Positions 9,805 to 17,670 of a stretch of DNA of 64,000 bases are shown here, piece by piece (within the stretch, counting starts at the first letter, position 1; every line of letters starts with the position of its first letter). Location: contig JAFYSC010000049.1 in assembly GCA_017546635.1 (NCBI GenBank), positions 12,442 to 76,441 of the forward strand, read 5' to 3'. This DNA comes from Bacteroidaceae bacterium. GTDB taxonomy: Bacteria > Bacteroidota > Bacteroidia > Bacteroidales > Bacteroidaceae. The position numbers were made by a program, and so were the translations under genes. Under the pieces are notes generated by a model. That model was given only the letters and a program-made list of their open reading frames with translations, searched no databases and was not told the origin of the DNA.

Positions 9805-11160
9805 ATGATAAAAAAATTTCAGCTATTTATATTGTTCAGTCTGTGTCTGCATTTGTCGGTAGCGCAGTCGCTGAACGGCAGACTCGATGCCTTGCTGGGT
9901 GATGAATTCCTGCACGACAGCGATGCGTCGGTGGCGGTGTACGACCTTACCGCCGATTCGCTTCTGTATGCACACAGGGAGCACAAGCGCTGCCGCCCCG
10001 CATCGGTGGCAAAGGTTGTCACAGTGGCTGCCGCTCTCACCAGGCTCGGCAGCGGCTATACGCTCGACACGCATCTATACAGCAACGAAAACAATCTTTA
10101 TGTAAAAGGGACAATGGACCCTCTTTTCGACGAGGAGGATATGCTCTCTATGGCCCAGTCTGTACCTGCGGGAACGGTTATTGACACCCTTTTTGCCGAT
10201 TGTTCCTTTTGCGACTCATTGTATTGGGGCCCCGGCTGGGCGTGGGACGATAACCCGTACGGATTCCAGCCTTATATCTCGCCGCTGTTGCTTTGCGGCG
10301 GAGCTGTCGGGGTAACTGTAACCCCTACCGAGAAAGGCGCTGCACCGCGTTACAGCTGTACGCCGCAATCTTCCTTCTATACGGTTGTAAACGAGGCGCA
10401 GTGCAGCAATAAGGAGTTGGACAAGCTCACTATCCTACGCGATTGGCTCAACGACAGCAACACTATCCGCATACGCGGAAATTGTACAAGAGAAACTACC
10501 GAAAGACTCAATATGTACAAGTCGGCCGACTTTTTTATGGCTGTACTTGTCGAGAAACTGACAGCACAGGGTGTGGAGGTAAAGAACATTGCTTTTGGAA
10601 CTGTGCCCGACAGTGCCCTGTGCATACACTCTACCGCAAGGCTTATAGAAGATGTTGTTTCCGAAGCTCTTTTGGAGAGCGACAATATCTGTGCCGAGGC
10701 TCTTCTCTATCATCTGGCTGCAACAAAGGGCGGCTCTGCTTTTTCTATGGAGCAGGGGTGCGGGGTTGTAGATTACTTTATGCAGGAGAATATGGGCTGT
10801 AACGGTGGATATTCCCTCTACGACGGTTCGGGGCTCTCTCCCTATAACCATATATCAGCTACTGCGGTGCTCTCTATATTGCGCTACATTTATGACAACT
10901 CCGACATTTACGGTGTTGTTTACCCACGCCTGCCACTGTCGGGTGTGTCGGGTACAATGAAACACCGTACAAAGGGTACTGCTGCATACAAAAAGGTTCG
11001 TGCAAAGACGGGAACAGTTACTGGCGTATGCACCCTTGCCGGCTACGCAACGGCAAAGGACGGGCATACCCTTGCCTTTGTGCTTATGAACAGCGGCGCA
11101 GAAAGTGCGCGTAAGGCGCGTGAGTGGCAAGACAAGGTGTGCGACGCACTTTGCAGATAG
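9805..11160 (+). CDS. dacB: D-alanyl-D-alanine carboxypeptidase/endopeptidase (PBP4, S13 family)
   Basis: Signal peptide, an SxxK motif (PASVAKVVT), a KTG motif (RAKTGTVTGV), and a GVSGTMKHR block. Confidence 0.85.
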   Translation: MIKKFQLFILFSLCLHLSVAQSLNGRLDALLGDEFLHDSDASVAVYDLTADSLLYAHREHKRCRPASVAKVVTVAAALTRLGSGYTLDTHLYSNENNLYVKGTMDPLFDEEDMLSMAQSVPAGTVIDTLFADCSFCDSLYWGPGWAWDDNPYGFQPYISPLLLCGGAVGVTVTPTEKGAAPRYSCTPQSSFYTVVNEAQCSNKELDKLTILRDWLNDSNTIRIRGNCTRETTERLNMYKSADFFMAVLVEKLTAQGVEVKNIAFGTVPDSALCIHSTARLIEDVVSEALLESDNICAEALLYHLAATKGGSAFSMEQGCGVVDYFMQENMGCNGGYSLYDGSGLSPYNHISATAVLSILRYIYDNSDIYGVVYPRLPLSGVSGTMKHRTKGTAAYKKVRAKTGTVTGVCTLAGYATAKDGHTLAFVLMNSGAESARKAREWQDKVCDALCR

Positions 11161-11170
11161 TAAGTAACTT

Positions 11171-11201
11171 TTTGTAGGAATACTTTTTTTATGTATTTTT
11201 G
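11171..11201 (+). promoter_or_regulatory. Bacteroides-type promoter pointing into the island (hairpin RNA and HTH copy 1)
   Basis: TTTG at 11171-11174 and TATTTTTG (TAnnTTTG) at 11194-11201, with exactly 19 nt between them. It lies ~150 nt upstream of the hairpin and ~300 nt upstream of the HTH ATG. Confidence 0.5.
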
Positions 11202-11353
11202 TATTTGATTATGGGACTGTGTTGCCGTATATTGAAAATGGGCAAATGTAATGTTCAATATAAAGAAATAGATGTGATTTTTAATAACTATTCGATGATA
11301 ATGTAAAGATAAACTCGAAATATCAATTATAGCGGACTATAAACTTTTCTCTT

Positions 11354-11468
11354 AACCTGAAAACCGCCAATTTGAAGCCACAGAGAATAAGTTCAGATTG
11401 TTCACACCTTGTGGTGTGGGCTGTTTGTGCTTATTCGTGGCGAAGGTTACTTGGCGGTACCTCAGGTT
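11354..11468 (+). other. 115-nt extended imperfect hairpin (candidate structured RNA or 5' leader element)
   Basis: The hand-folded stems are as follows. 11354-60/11462-68 (7 bp). 11364-70/11451-57 (7 bp). 11377-81/11437-41 (5 bp). 11385-91/11430-36 (7 bp). 11394-11408/11413-27 (14 of 15 positions paired). The loop is UUGU. Four of the pairs are G-U and form only in a plus-strand transcript. Confidence 0.4.
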
Positions 11469-11490
11469 TAGGATAAGTGATAATAACAGC

Positions 11491-11701
11491 CTATACCACT
11501 TTTATTATGATACATATTGGAGAGCTTATAAGGAAGCGAATGCAGGAAATAGAAAGGACACCGAGCTGGCTGGCAAGAAAGATAAACTGCGACAGGACAA
11601 ACATTTACAAGATATTTCAACGTCCAAGCATAGATACCGCGCTTCTGTCCCGAATCTCAAAAGCATTGGACCACGATTTTTTTGCCGACCTTTCGGACGA
11701 G
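11491..11701 (+). repeat. direct repeat copy 1 (211 bp; partner at 19608-19818)
   Basis: By hand alignment it has 12 mismatches over 211 nt (~94% identity). It covers 16 nt of upstream sequence plus the first 65 codons of the HTH gene. Confidence 0.9.
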
Positions 11702-11734
11702 CAAAGCAGCGATTGTGACAAACAGGCTACATAA
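11507..11734 (+). CDS. small helix-turn-helix (XRE-like) DNA-binding protein, copy 1
   Basis: MIHIGELIRKRMQEIERTPSWLARKINCDRTNIYKIFQRPSIDTALLSRISKALDHDFF is a classic HTH_3-like layout. ATG at 11507 aligns with the start of copy 2; the track start at 11477 is GTG. Confidence 0.8.
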   Translation: MIHIGELIRKRMQEIERTPSWLARKINCDRTNIYKIFQRPSIDTALLSRISKALDHDFFADLSDEQSSDCDKQAT

Positions 11735-11758
11735 GTGTGATTGAAACTCACACTTTTT
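11733..11758 (+). terminator. weak intrinsic terminator after HTH copy 1
   Basis: Stem AAGTGTGA (11733-40) / TCACACTT (11748-55) with a 7-nt loop, running into TTTTT (11754-58). Confidence 0.35.
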
Positions 11759-11846
11759 GCAGCCTGTTTGTTCTTTTATAAACTTCCTTTGCAAAAAGAA
11801 TCAATAATTAACAAATTAGACTCGCAAACAAAGAAAACACTTGCGT

Positions 11847-13718
11847 ATGGTATCTAAACGTATTTTTCTATTCATTTTGTTAGCAATTATTTTGCAAACA
11901 AATATTTGCTTTGCTCAAATTACAAAAGAGGAAAGAGGAGACTCTTTCAAATGGGTTATGGTGACAAACAAAAGTAATGGCGAGAGAGGTGTTGAGACTC
12001 CCACTGGAAAAGTTATTGTTCCTATGGGAAAGTACATGATAACTTATCAGGAGTTGAATGGTGGCTTCTTTCAGTTACAAGAAAATGGGATACAGGCTGC
12101 ATATTCAACAGAAGGAAAAATATTAATTCCTTTTACGCGAGGCTATGATCGTATTGTAAGACATGGTAATTATTATGGTGTTCGGAAAAACGGTTTAGAA
12201 GGAGCCTGTGATGATGATGGCTACGAGATTGTCGCGCCTAAATATGCAGGTCTGTTTTACTCAAGCATAGATGGTTTTAACTCAATTGCAGATGGCGAGT
12301 ATGTCCCTTTAGGCATAACTAAAGATGCTAATGGTCTGTTTTCCGGTGTTGACTATTCCTTGAAATCTGTTAGCTTAGCACAAACATCTGTAGGTGCGCC
12401 AACGAAAAATATCTCAACATCAGCTTCGTCCTCCCAAGATCAATCATTTGGAGCCGGTTCTTCAACCATAACGTATAATGCATCAGGCACTACTTACAAA
12501 GATCAATACAGACGCAGTTCTCTATGCCTTATCCTTCTTACGCATCGTGATAAAAAGTATGCCGCTGCGATGGAACGAGTATTCAGGAACTTCCCTCTTC
12601 CAGCACGATATAACGAACATAACATAAGCGACATTCGTGTCATCAGCGTACAAGGAAAACAATCAAAAAGTGATATAGACCGACTTTTAAGTAGCAACAA
12701 TATTGCTCAAAAGATCGTGGCCAGGTGGTTTAACAGGAATGCTTATACAGGTCGCATGAACATGGACTTAATTCATGAACGTGGCGGCTATGGCGCTTTT
12801 TATGCAGACTATCTGCGTTCACAGAGCAATGTGCGTGGAACTGCTATGCTTCGTGATGAAGGTATTGAGTTGCTGCAGAGTACTTTTGTTCTTGTATGTG
12901 ATATGGACTATATCGACAAGAAGAAGGGTGCGTTTTGGGCCGCATTAGGAACGGGTATTTTAACTATCGGTGCAGCAACTATGTCCACTATAAACCAACA
13001 GCAGGCATACAACGCATACTATCAAGGTAATTATAATGAGGCGAGACGAAAGCAAAATGCAGCCAATCAGTGGAATGTAGGCGCAAGCCTTGGCGCAGCA
13101 GCAACAACTGTAGTTGCAGACATCGGTGGTTTTCGGGTAAAGATGAATGCATATCTTTACAAACTACGCTGGGATGACAGTATGACTCAGACGATGTATC
13201 GTGACTATTGGTGTGACAATCAGACATCTTATTCGGAAGCCAAAGAAAAAAAAATCAAATTCGACAACGCATTATTTACCCTTGACTATGTAGGAGAATA
13301 TAAGGCAAAAAGTTCTAAAACAATTCTCAGAAGTTGGAATAATGAAGATCAGGTGATTCTCGACGTATGCCAGCGATGCGTCAACAAGGGGATGAAGGAA
13401 TTGGCAAAGACTTTTCCTATTTTCAAGCCGCGTACTCCTTTTTACTTTGAAGGTAGTACGGTTTACTCACATATAGGAACTAAAGAAGAAGTGTCGTATG
13501 GGAAGAAGTATGAAATTGTACAGCCATATAAAGACAGTAGTGGTCAAATATGCTACAAACGTGTGGGAACAGCAGAAGCAGGCACACCTTGGAATAACAG
13601 AGAAATAAGGTTCGACCAATATTTTGACAATGGAGCGAAAGGAACAATATTCTATTGTAAAAAGAAAAAGGCATCTGTAGACTTGCATATGCCTGGATTA
13701 CAGTTAAGAGAACTATAA
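11847..13718 (+). CDS. island protein 1: secreted multidomain protein (N-terminal WG-type beta repeats, Ser-rich linker, unknown central and C-terminal domains)
   Basis: Signal peptide (MVSKRIFLFILLAIILQTNICFA/Q). Repeated G-x-(I/V)-(I/L)-(I/V)-P...Y motifs (GKVIVPMGKY, GKILIPFTRGY, GYEIVAPKY) resemble WG/KWG beta-propeller-like repeats. The linker is TSASSSQDQSFGAGSST. ATG at 11847. Confidence 0.8.
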   Translation: MVSKRIFLFILLAIILQTNICFAQITKEERGDSFKWVMVTNKSNGERGVETPTGKVIVPMGKYMITYQELNGGFFQLQENGIQAAYSTEGKILIPFTRGYDRIVRHGNYYGVRKNGLEGACDDDGYEIVAPKYAGLFYSSIDGFNSIADGEYVPLGITKDANGLFSGVDYSLKSVSLAQTSVGAPTKNISTSASSSQDQSFGAGSSTITYNASGTTYKDQYRRSSLCLILLTHRDKKYAAAMERVFRNFPLPARYNEHNISDIRVISVQGKQSKSDIDRLLSSNNIAQKIVARWFNRNAYTGRMNMDLIHERGGYGAFYADYLRSQSNVRGTAMLRDEGIELLQSTFVLVCDMDYIDKKKGAFWAALGTGILTIGAATMSTINQQQAYNAYYQGNYNEARRKQNAANQWNVGASLGAAATTVVADIGGFRVKMNAYLYKLRWDDSMTQTMYRDYWCDNQTSYSEAKEKKIKFDNALFTLDYVGEYKAKSSKTILRSWNNEDQVILDVCQRCVNKGMKELAKTFPIFKPRTPFYFEGSTVYSHIGTKEEVSYGKKYEIVQPYKDSSGQICYKRVGTAEAGTPWNNREIRFDQYFDNGAKGTIFYCKKKKASVDLHMPGLQLREL

Positions 13719-13734
13719 CAAAAATAATACGACT

Positions 13735-14205
13735 ATGATTAAAAGACTATTATTCTTAATGATGCTGTGCATGAGCATAGCGGTTGTAAAAGGCCAGGAC
13801 TTCTCCGTAATGAGCGATGGACAAGGACACAATGGCGAGTATATTGTGATTGTTGTTGTCAGCACGAAGAAGAACCCTGCCAAAGAAGCAGAGAACCTGG
13901 TGAAGGAGTATGCTGTTCGTGGCGTGATGTTCCGTGGTGTTGCACCCTACAAGGAGCATCCAGGCCAAAAGCCTCTGATTAGTGATCCCGCTGTAGAGCA
14001 GGTTAAGGGAAAGGAACTCCAGGCATTCTGGCGCGAAAAATTATACCTTAACTATGCCATACTCCAGCCGCAGTCGTTATCTGTGATGAAAAACAAGCAG
14101 ACAAAAATGTATGAAACGACCGCTCGTCTCACCATCAATAAAGAGCTGCTTATCAAATGGCTTGAAGATAACGGAATTATTCAAGGTTTTTCTAATCTGT
14201 GGTAG
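13735..14205 (+). CDS. island protein 2: small secreted protein (paralogue of island protein 4)
   Basis: Signal peptide (MIKRLLFLMMLCMSIAVVKG/Q), 156 aa, tightly packed in the operon, and shares a motif pattern with island protein 4. Confidence 0.75.
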   Translation: MIKRLLFLMMLCMSIAVVKGQDFSVMSDGQGHNGEYIVIVVVSTKKNPAKEAENLVKEYAVRGVMFRGVAPYKEHPGQKPLISDPAVEQVKGKELQAFWREKLYLNYAILQPQSLSVMKNKQTKMYETTARLTINKELLIKWLEDNGIIQGFSNLW

Positions 14206-14207
14206 TT

Positions 14208-14777
14208 ATGAAAAAAACAGCAATACTTTGCCTTGCACTTGTTGCCTCTGCAACTGCATTCTCGCAAGAACGGGTCATAAGAATGTCTGAAGCGCCATCA
14301 AAGACCTATAATATAGCAGAAGAGGACGGCGGGTCATTTTGGTGTGCTATTGAAGCCGGTGGTGGCTCAACAGCAATGGAATACAAAAAGAATGTTGCCA
14401 TGCTTAGTACTACATACACAGGAGGTTACCGCTTCAATCAATACCTGAAAGTGGGTGCCGGCTTGGGGGTAATTTATTATCCCAATAGCAACAATGTCCG
14501 TGACACAAAGTATCATCTGGCAATGCCTCTTTTCTTGAATGTTCGTGGAAATATACTTTCCGAAGAAATCAGATATACGGTTCCTTATTGGTCGGTTAAT
14601 GTAGGAATGGCTATTCCTGATGGATTCTTTCTCACCCCTACAGTTGGACTTCGTATTGGCGAGAAACGAAATGCTTTTTTAGTTGGTATTAGTTACACAT
14701 TCCGTCATTTTAAGGCTTATTCTGACTATACAGAGAACTATAGTGGAGCATTATTAAAACTTGGTTATGAATTCTAA
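14208..14777 (+). CDS. island protein 3: small outer-membrane beta-barrel protein
   Basis: Signal peptide (ALVASATAFS/Q), alternating hydrophobic beta-strand pattern rich in G/Y, and C-terminal LLKLGYEF ending in Phe (OMP beta-signal). ATG at 14208. Confidence 0.75.
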   Translation: MKKTAILCLALVASATAFSQERVIRMSEAPSKTYNIAEEDGGSFWCAIEAGGGSTAMEYKKNVAMLSTTYTGGYRFNQYLKVGAGLGVIYYPNSNNVRDTKYHLAMPLFLNVRGNILSEEIRYTVPYWSVNVGMAIPDGFFLTPTVGLRIGEKRNAFLVGISYTFRHFKAYSDYTENYSGALLKLGYEF

Positions 14778-14789
14778 TTTAGCAAAAAT

Positions 14790-15275
14790 ATGACAAAAAA
14801 ATTATGGATGCTGGCTGTTATGGCAATCATACTGCTCATTAGTTGCCAAAGCAAGGACGTTGTTACGCCTGCTTTTCACAGTTATACGACAGAATGTTTG
14901 GGTAAAAGTATGGATGGAAGCCAGACTTTGAGAGTATGGGCTTCTGGCCGGAATAAAAAAGATGCCATAGAACAGGCCAAGAAGAAGGCTGTCTATGATG
15001 TAGTGTTCACTGGCATTCAGGCAGGAAGTGGCGAATGTAATGCCTACCCCATAGTGGACGAAGCTAATGCACGGAAGAAATATGAGGACTATTTCGACCT
15101 ATTCTTTACTGATGGTGGTGCTTATTCGCAATATGTGTCTATCACTAACCAGAATAAATCGGCAATTCAAAGATACCAAGGGAATGGGACTCAGACTCTT
15201 GGCATCATCGTAACGGTTAATCGTTCAGCCTTGCGCCAGCGATTTGTGAGTGATAACATTATCGTAAAACAATAA
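14790..15275 (+). CDS. island protein 4: small lipoprotein (paralogue of island protein 2)
   Basis: Lipobox LLISC followed by QSKD. The shared core with protein 2 is ...KKDAIEQAKKKAVYDVVFTGI versus ...PAKEAENLVKEYAVRGVMFRGV. The shared tail is IIVTVNRSALRQRFVSDNII versus ARLTINKELLIKWLEDNGII. Confidence 0.75.
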   Translation: MTKKLWMLAVMAIILLISCQSKDVVTPAFHSYTTECLGKSMDGSQTLRVWASGRNKKDAIEQAKKKAVYDVVFTGIQAGSGECNAYPIVDEANARKKYEDYFDLFFTDGGAYSQYVSITNQNKSAIQRYQGNGTQTLGIIVTVNRSALRQRFVSDNIIVKQ

Positions 15276-15290
15276 AGATTTGGTAATAAT

Positions 15291-16238
15291 ATGAAACGGC
15301 TATTTATTTTATGTGCTGCTATGTTTACAATAGTTAGTAGCAGTGTTGCCCAAAAGTCGATGACTCCTCCCCACGTAATGGTGGTGCCAGACTTGATTTA
15401 TTGCAAAGCCCACGGCTTCACGCTACAATTCAACAATAATGGACATACAGAGACGATTCCTGACTATGAAAGAGCGTTATCTGAAGACCCGTCGCTCCAC
15501 GCTGTCCTAACACAGATTGCTCAGCTTATAACGGACCGCAGCAGCGATATTGTAATTGTGGATATTATTGAAGCCATAAACAATGCAAAAGCGGATGCGG
15601 CAATGGCCGCTGCTAATGCAGGGGATGAGTCTGAGAGTGTAGATGAAGCCATTATTCGTAATTCTGAGGCAGATATTATTGTGAGATTACAGTTTGACCT
15701 TGTTAAGAATGGGCCGGAATATCGTGTTTCGTATGTACTTAATGGAACTGATGCATATACCAGCAGAAACTTTGCGCCGGTTTCCGGTATGGGAAAACCC
15801 TCTACATCCGCAAACCCTGTTGTTCTTCTTCGCGAGGCTGCAGCCGAAAATATGGATGCATTCCTTGCAAAGATGCTCTCCTATTATCAGGGTATGCTGA
15901 CCAAAGGTCGTATGGTTGCTTTCGAAATCAAGACCACCTCAACAGCGACCGTAAACATGAATAGCAAAGTAGGACAATACACACTACGGGAACAGATTGA
16001 AGATTTTCTCTACGACAATTCTGTAGACGGTAACGGACTCGAAAGAGTACAAAGTGGCAATACGTTCTTGCGTTATCAGGGTGTATATATTCCGCTTACA
16101 GCAACCATTCGTGATAGACAACGCAAACAAGGAGCTAAAGATATTGCTCAGAAACTTGTAAACTATTTGGAATCCAACGGAGTTGATGCGGAATACAAAA
16201 TTCGCGGTTTAGGTAAGGTTAACATATATATCAAATAA
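15291..16238 (+). CDS. island protein 5: secreted protein of unknown function (possibly DUF6175-like, from memory)
   Basis: Signal peptide ending SSVAQ. The mature N-terminus PPHVMVVPD resembles that of island protein 6. No catalytic motifs recognised. Confidence 0.75.
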   Translation: MKRLFILCAAMFTIVSSSVAQKSMTPPHVMVVPDLIYCKAHGFTLQFNNNGHTETIPDYERALSEDPSLHAVLTQIAQLITDRSSDIVIVDIIEAINNAKADAAMAAANAGDESESVDEAIIRNSEADIIVRLQFDLVKNGPEYRVSYVLNGTDAYTSRNFAPVSGMGKPSTSANPVVLLREAAAENMDAFLAKMLSYYQGMLTKGRMVAFEIKTTSTATVNMNSKVGQYTLREQIEDFLYDNSVDGNGLERVQSGNTFLRYQGVYIPLTATIRDRQRKQGAKDIAQKLVNYLESNGVDAEYKIRGLGKVNIYIK

Positions 16239-16250
16239 GGAGGGACTGCT

Positions 16251-17186
16251 ATGAAGAAATCTATATTTTCCATGGCGATGTTTGTATGTGTCGCGTTGGG
16301 CATAAATGCTCAAAACGATTGTGTCATACCTATGATGGTGCTAGTTCCAGAGCAAGTTGATACACTTGCCCCAATGGCCCAAACAAAGTTAGAATCAAAG
16401 ATGCGGCAGATAGTAACCTTGAATGGAATGGAAGGCGGAACTTCTTTCTCTAACTTCTGTATTGTCGCAAACTTGGTGGAAGGCTCAAAGGAAGTGACGA
16501 GTGGCTTACGTCCGATGGTGACTGTCACTACCGATTTAGAAATGTTTGTCGGCAACAACTATACAGGTGAGAAATTTGCATCCACGGTCATCACTTTGAA
16601 TGGTGCAGGGCGCAATGAGTCAAAAGCATACGGGGCTGCTTTTGGAAGTATAACTACAGGGAATGCACAGATACAAAAGTTTCTGAAAGATGCCAAACTC
16701 AAGGTCAATCAATATTATGAGACTCAGGTGCCAAACATCATCACCCAGGCACGTGGATTCGCCATCCGTCGTGACTTTGAAGAAGCTCTTTGCCTGCTGA
16801 CATCCGTGCCCACATGCTGCAGTAAGTATCCAGAAGTGGAACAGTGTATGCTTGAGATTTATCAGCAGTATGTTGATTACGATTGTGCTGTAAAGGTAAA
16901 TAAGGCTCGTGCTATTTGGAATGCAAGTCAAGATAAAGAGGGTGCAGCTCTCGCTGGTGCTTACCTTGCTTCTATCGATCCTGCTTCCTCGTGCAGGGAC
17001 GATGCGCTATCGCTGGCAGAGTCAATTCGCGCCCGTATCGGTGATGATTGGGAGTTTTCCAAGGAACTGATGCGCGACTCCGTTATGCTGGAAAAGACTA
17101 AGATTGAAGCTATCAGAGCTATTGGAGTGGCATTTGGCCAGAATCAGAAAGCATTAACGGTAAAGGAGAATTGGTTTGTAAGATAA
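16251..17186 (+). CDS. island protein 6: secreted protein of unknown function with a Cys-rich helical C-terminal half
   Basis: Signal peptide ending GINAQ. The mature N-terminus is CVIPMMVLVPE. The C-terminal half is helical and TPR-like with several Cys (TSVPTCCSKYPEVEQC, YDC, SSC). Confidence 0.75.
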   Translation: MKKSIFSMAMFVCVALGINAQNDCVIPMMVLVPEQVDTLAPMAQTKLESKMRQIVTLNGMEGGTSFSNFCIVANLVEGSKEVTSGLRPMVTVTTDLEMFVGNNYTGEKFASTVITLNGAGRNESKAYGAAFGSITTGNAQIQKFLKDAKLKVNQYYETQVPNIITQARGFAIRRDFEEALCLLTSVPTCCSKYPEVEQCMLEIYQQYVDYDCAVKVNKARAIWNASQDKEGAALAGAYLASIDPASSCRDDALSLAESIRARIGDDWEFSKELMRDSVMLEKTKIEAIRAIGVAFGQNQKALTVKENWFVR

Positions 17187-17670
17187 AAATGGGGATCCTC
17201 CTGTGTATGGTGGCAGCTTTTCCACTTTCTACTATTGGTTAGGGTCGTAACGATGTTTTCAATGGTACACGGCAAAAAGTTGGAGGCGGCAATGCGTCTG
17301 CCTTCAACCAAAACTGCGTGAATAACTTCAACGACTACTGCCAGAAACTGAATGCCTGACGTTTTCTTGTCTTGGAACCTCTCTGCAGGTGCGAAAACCA
17401 CAAGGCGGAGACTTTAGCTTGTCAGGAACAAATGAAAATGCCGTAGCATATGCATGGGAAAGACTATGCGACCCTCGCTTCTGCGGTTTGCTTTACAGAT
17501 TACGCTAGTGTTGACTACATTCAAGTAAATTATAATAGATATGTGGTTTGTGCCCCCACATATGTAGGTATCCAATATGGATAACAAGACTGCTAAAATC
17601 ATAGTACTGCAATAAGGATGAGGTTATAACTCACAAAATAGTTTATTCCAACGAAATAGATGATAAAGTT

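Noticed and set aside
11398-11718. 106-aa plus-strand ORF overlapping the hairpin and HTH copy 1 in another frame
   Set aside because: Its frame is not conserved in copy 2, and it begins inside the RNA hairpin. The HTH frame explains the conservation.
17144-17602. 85-aa and 62-aa minus-strand ORFs in the island spacer
   Set aside because: They have no recognisable motifs, lie on the opposite strand to the whole operon, and the first overlaps the 3' end of the protein 6 gene. I kept the region as an unexplained spacer in the findings rather than calling genes.
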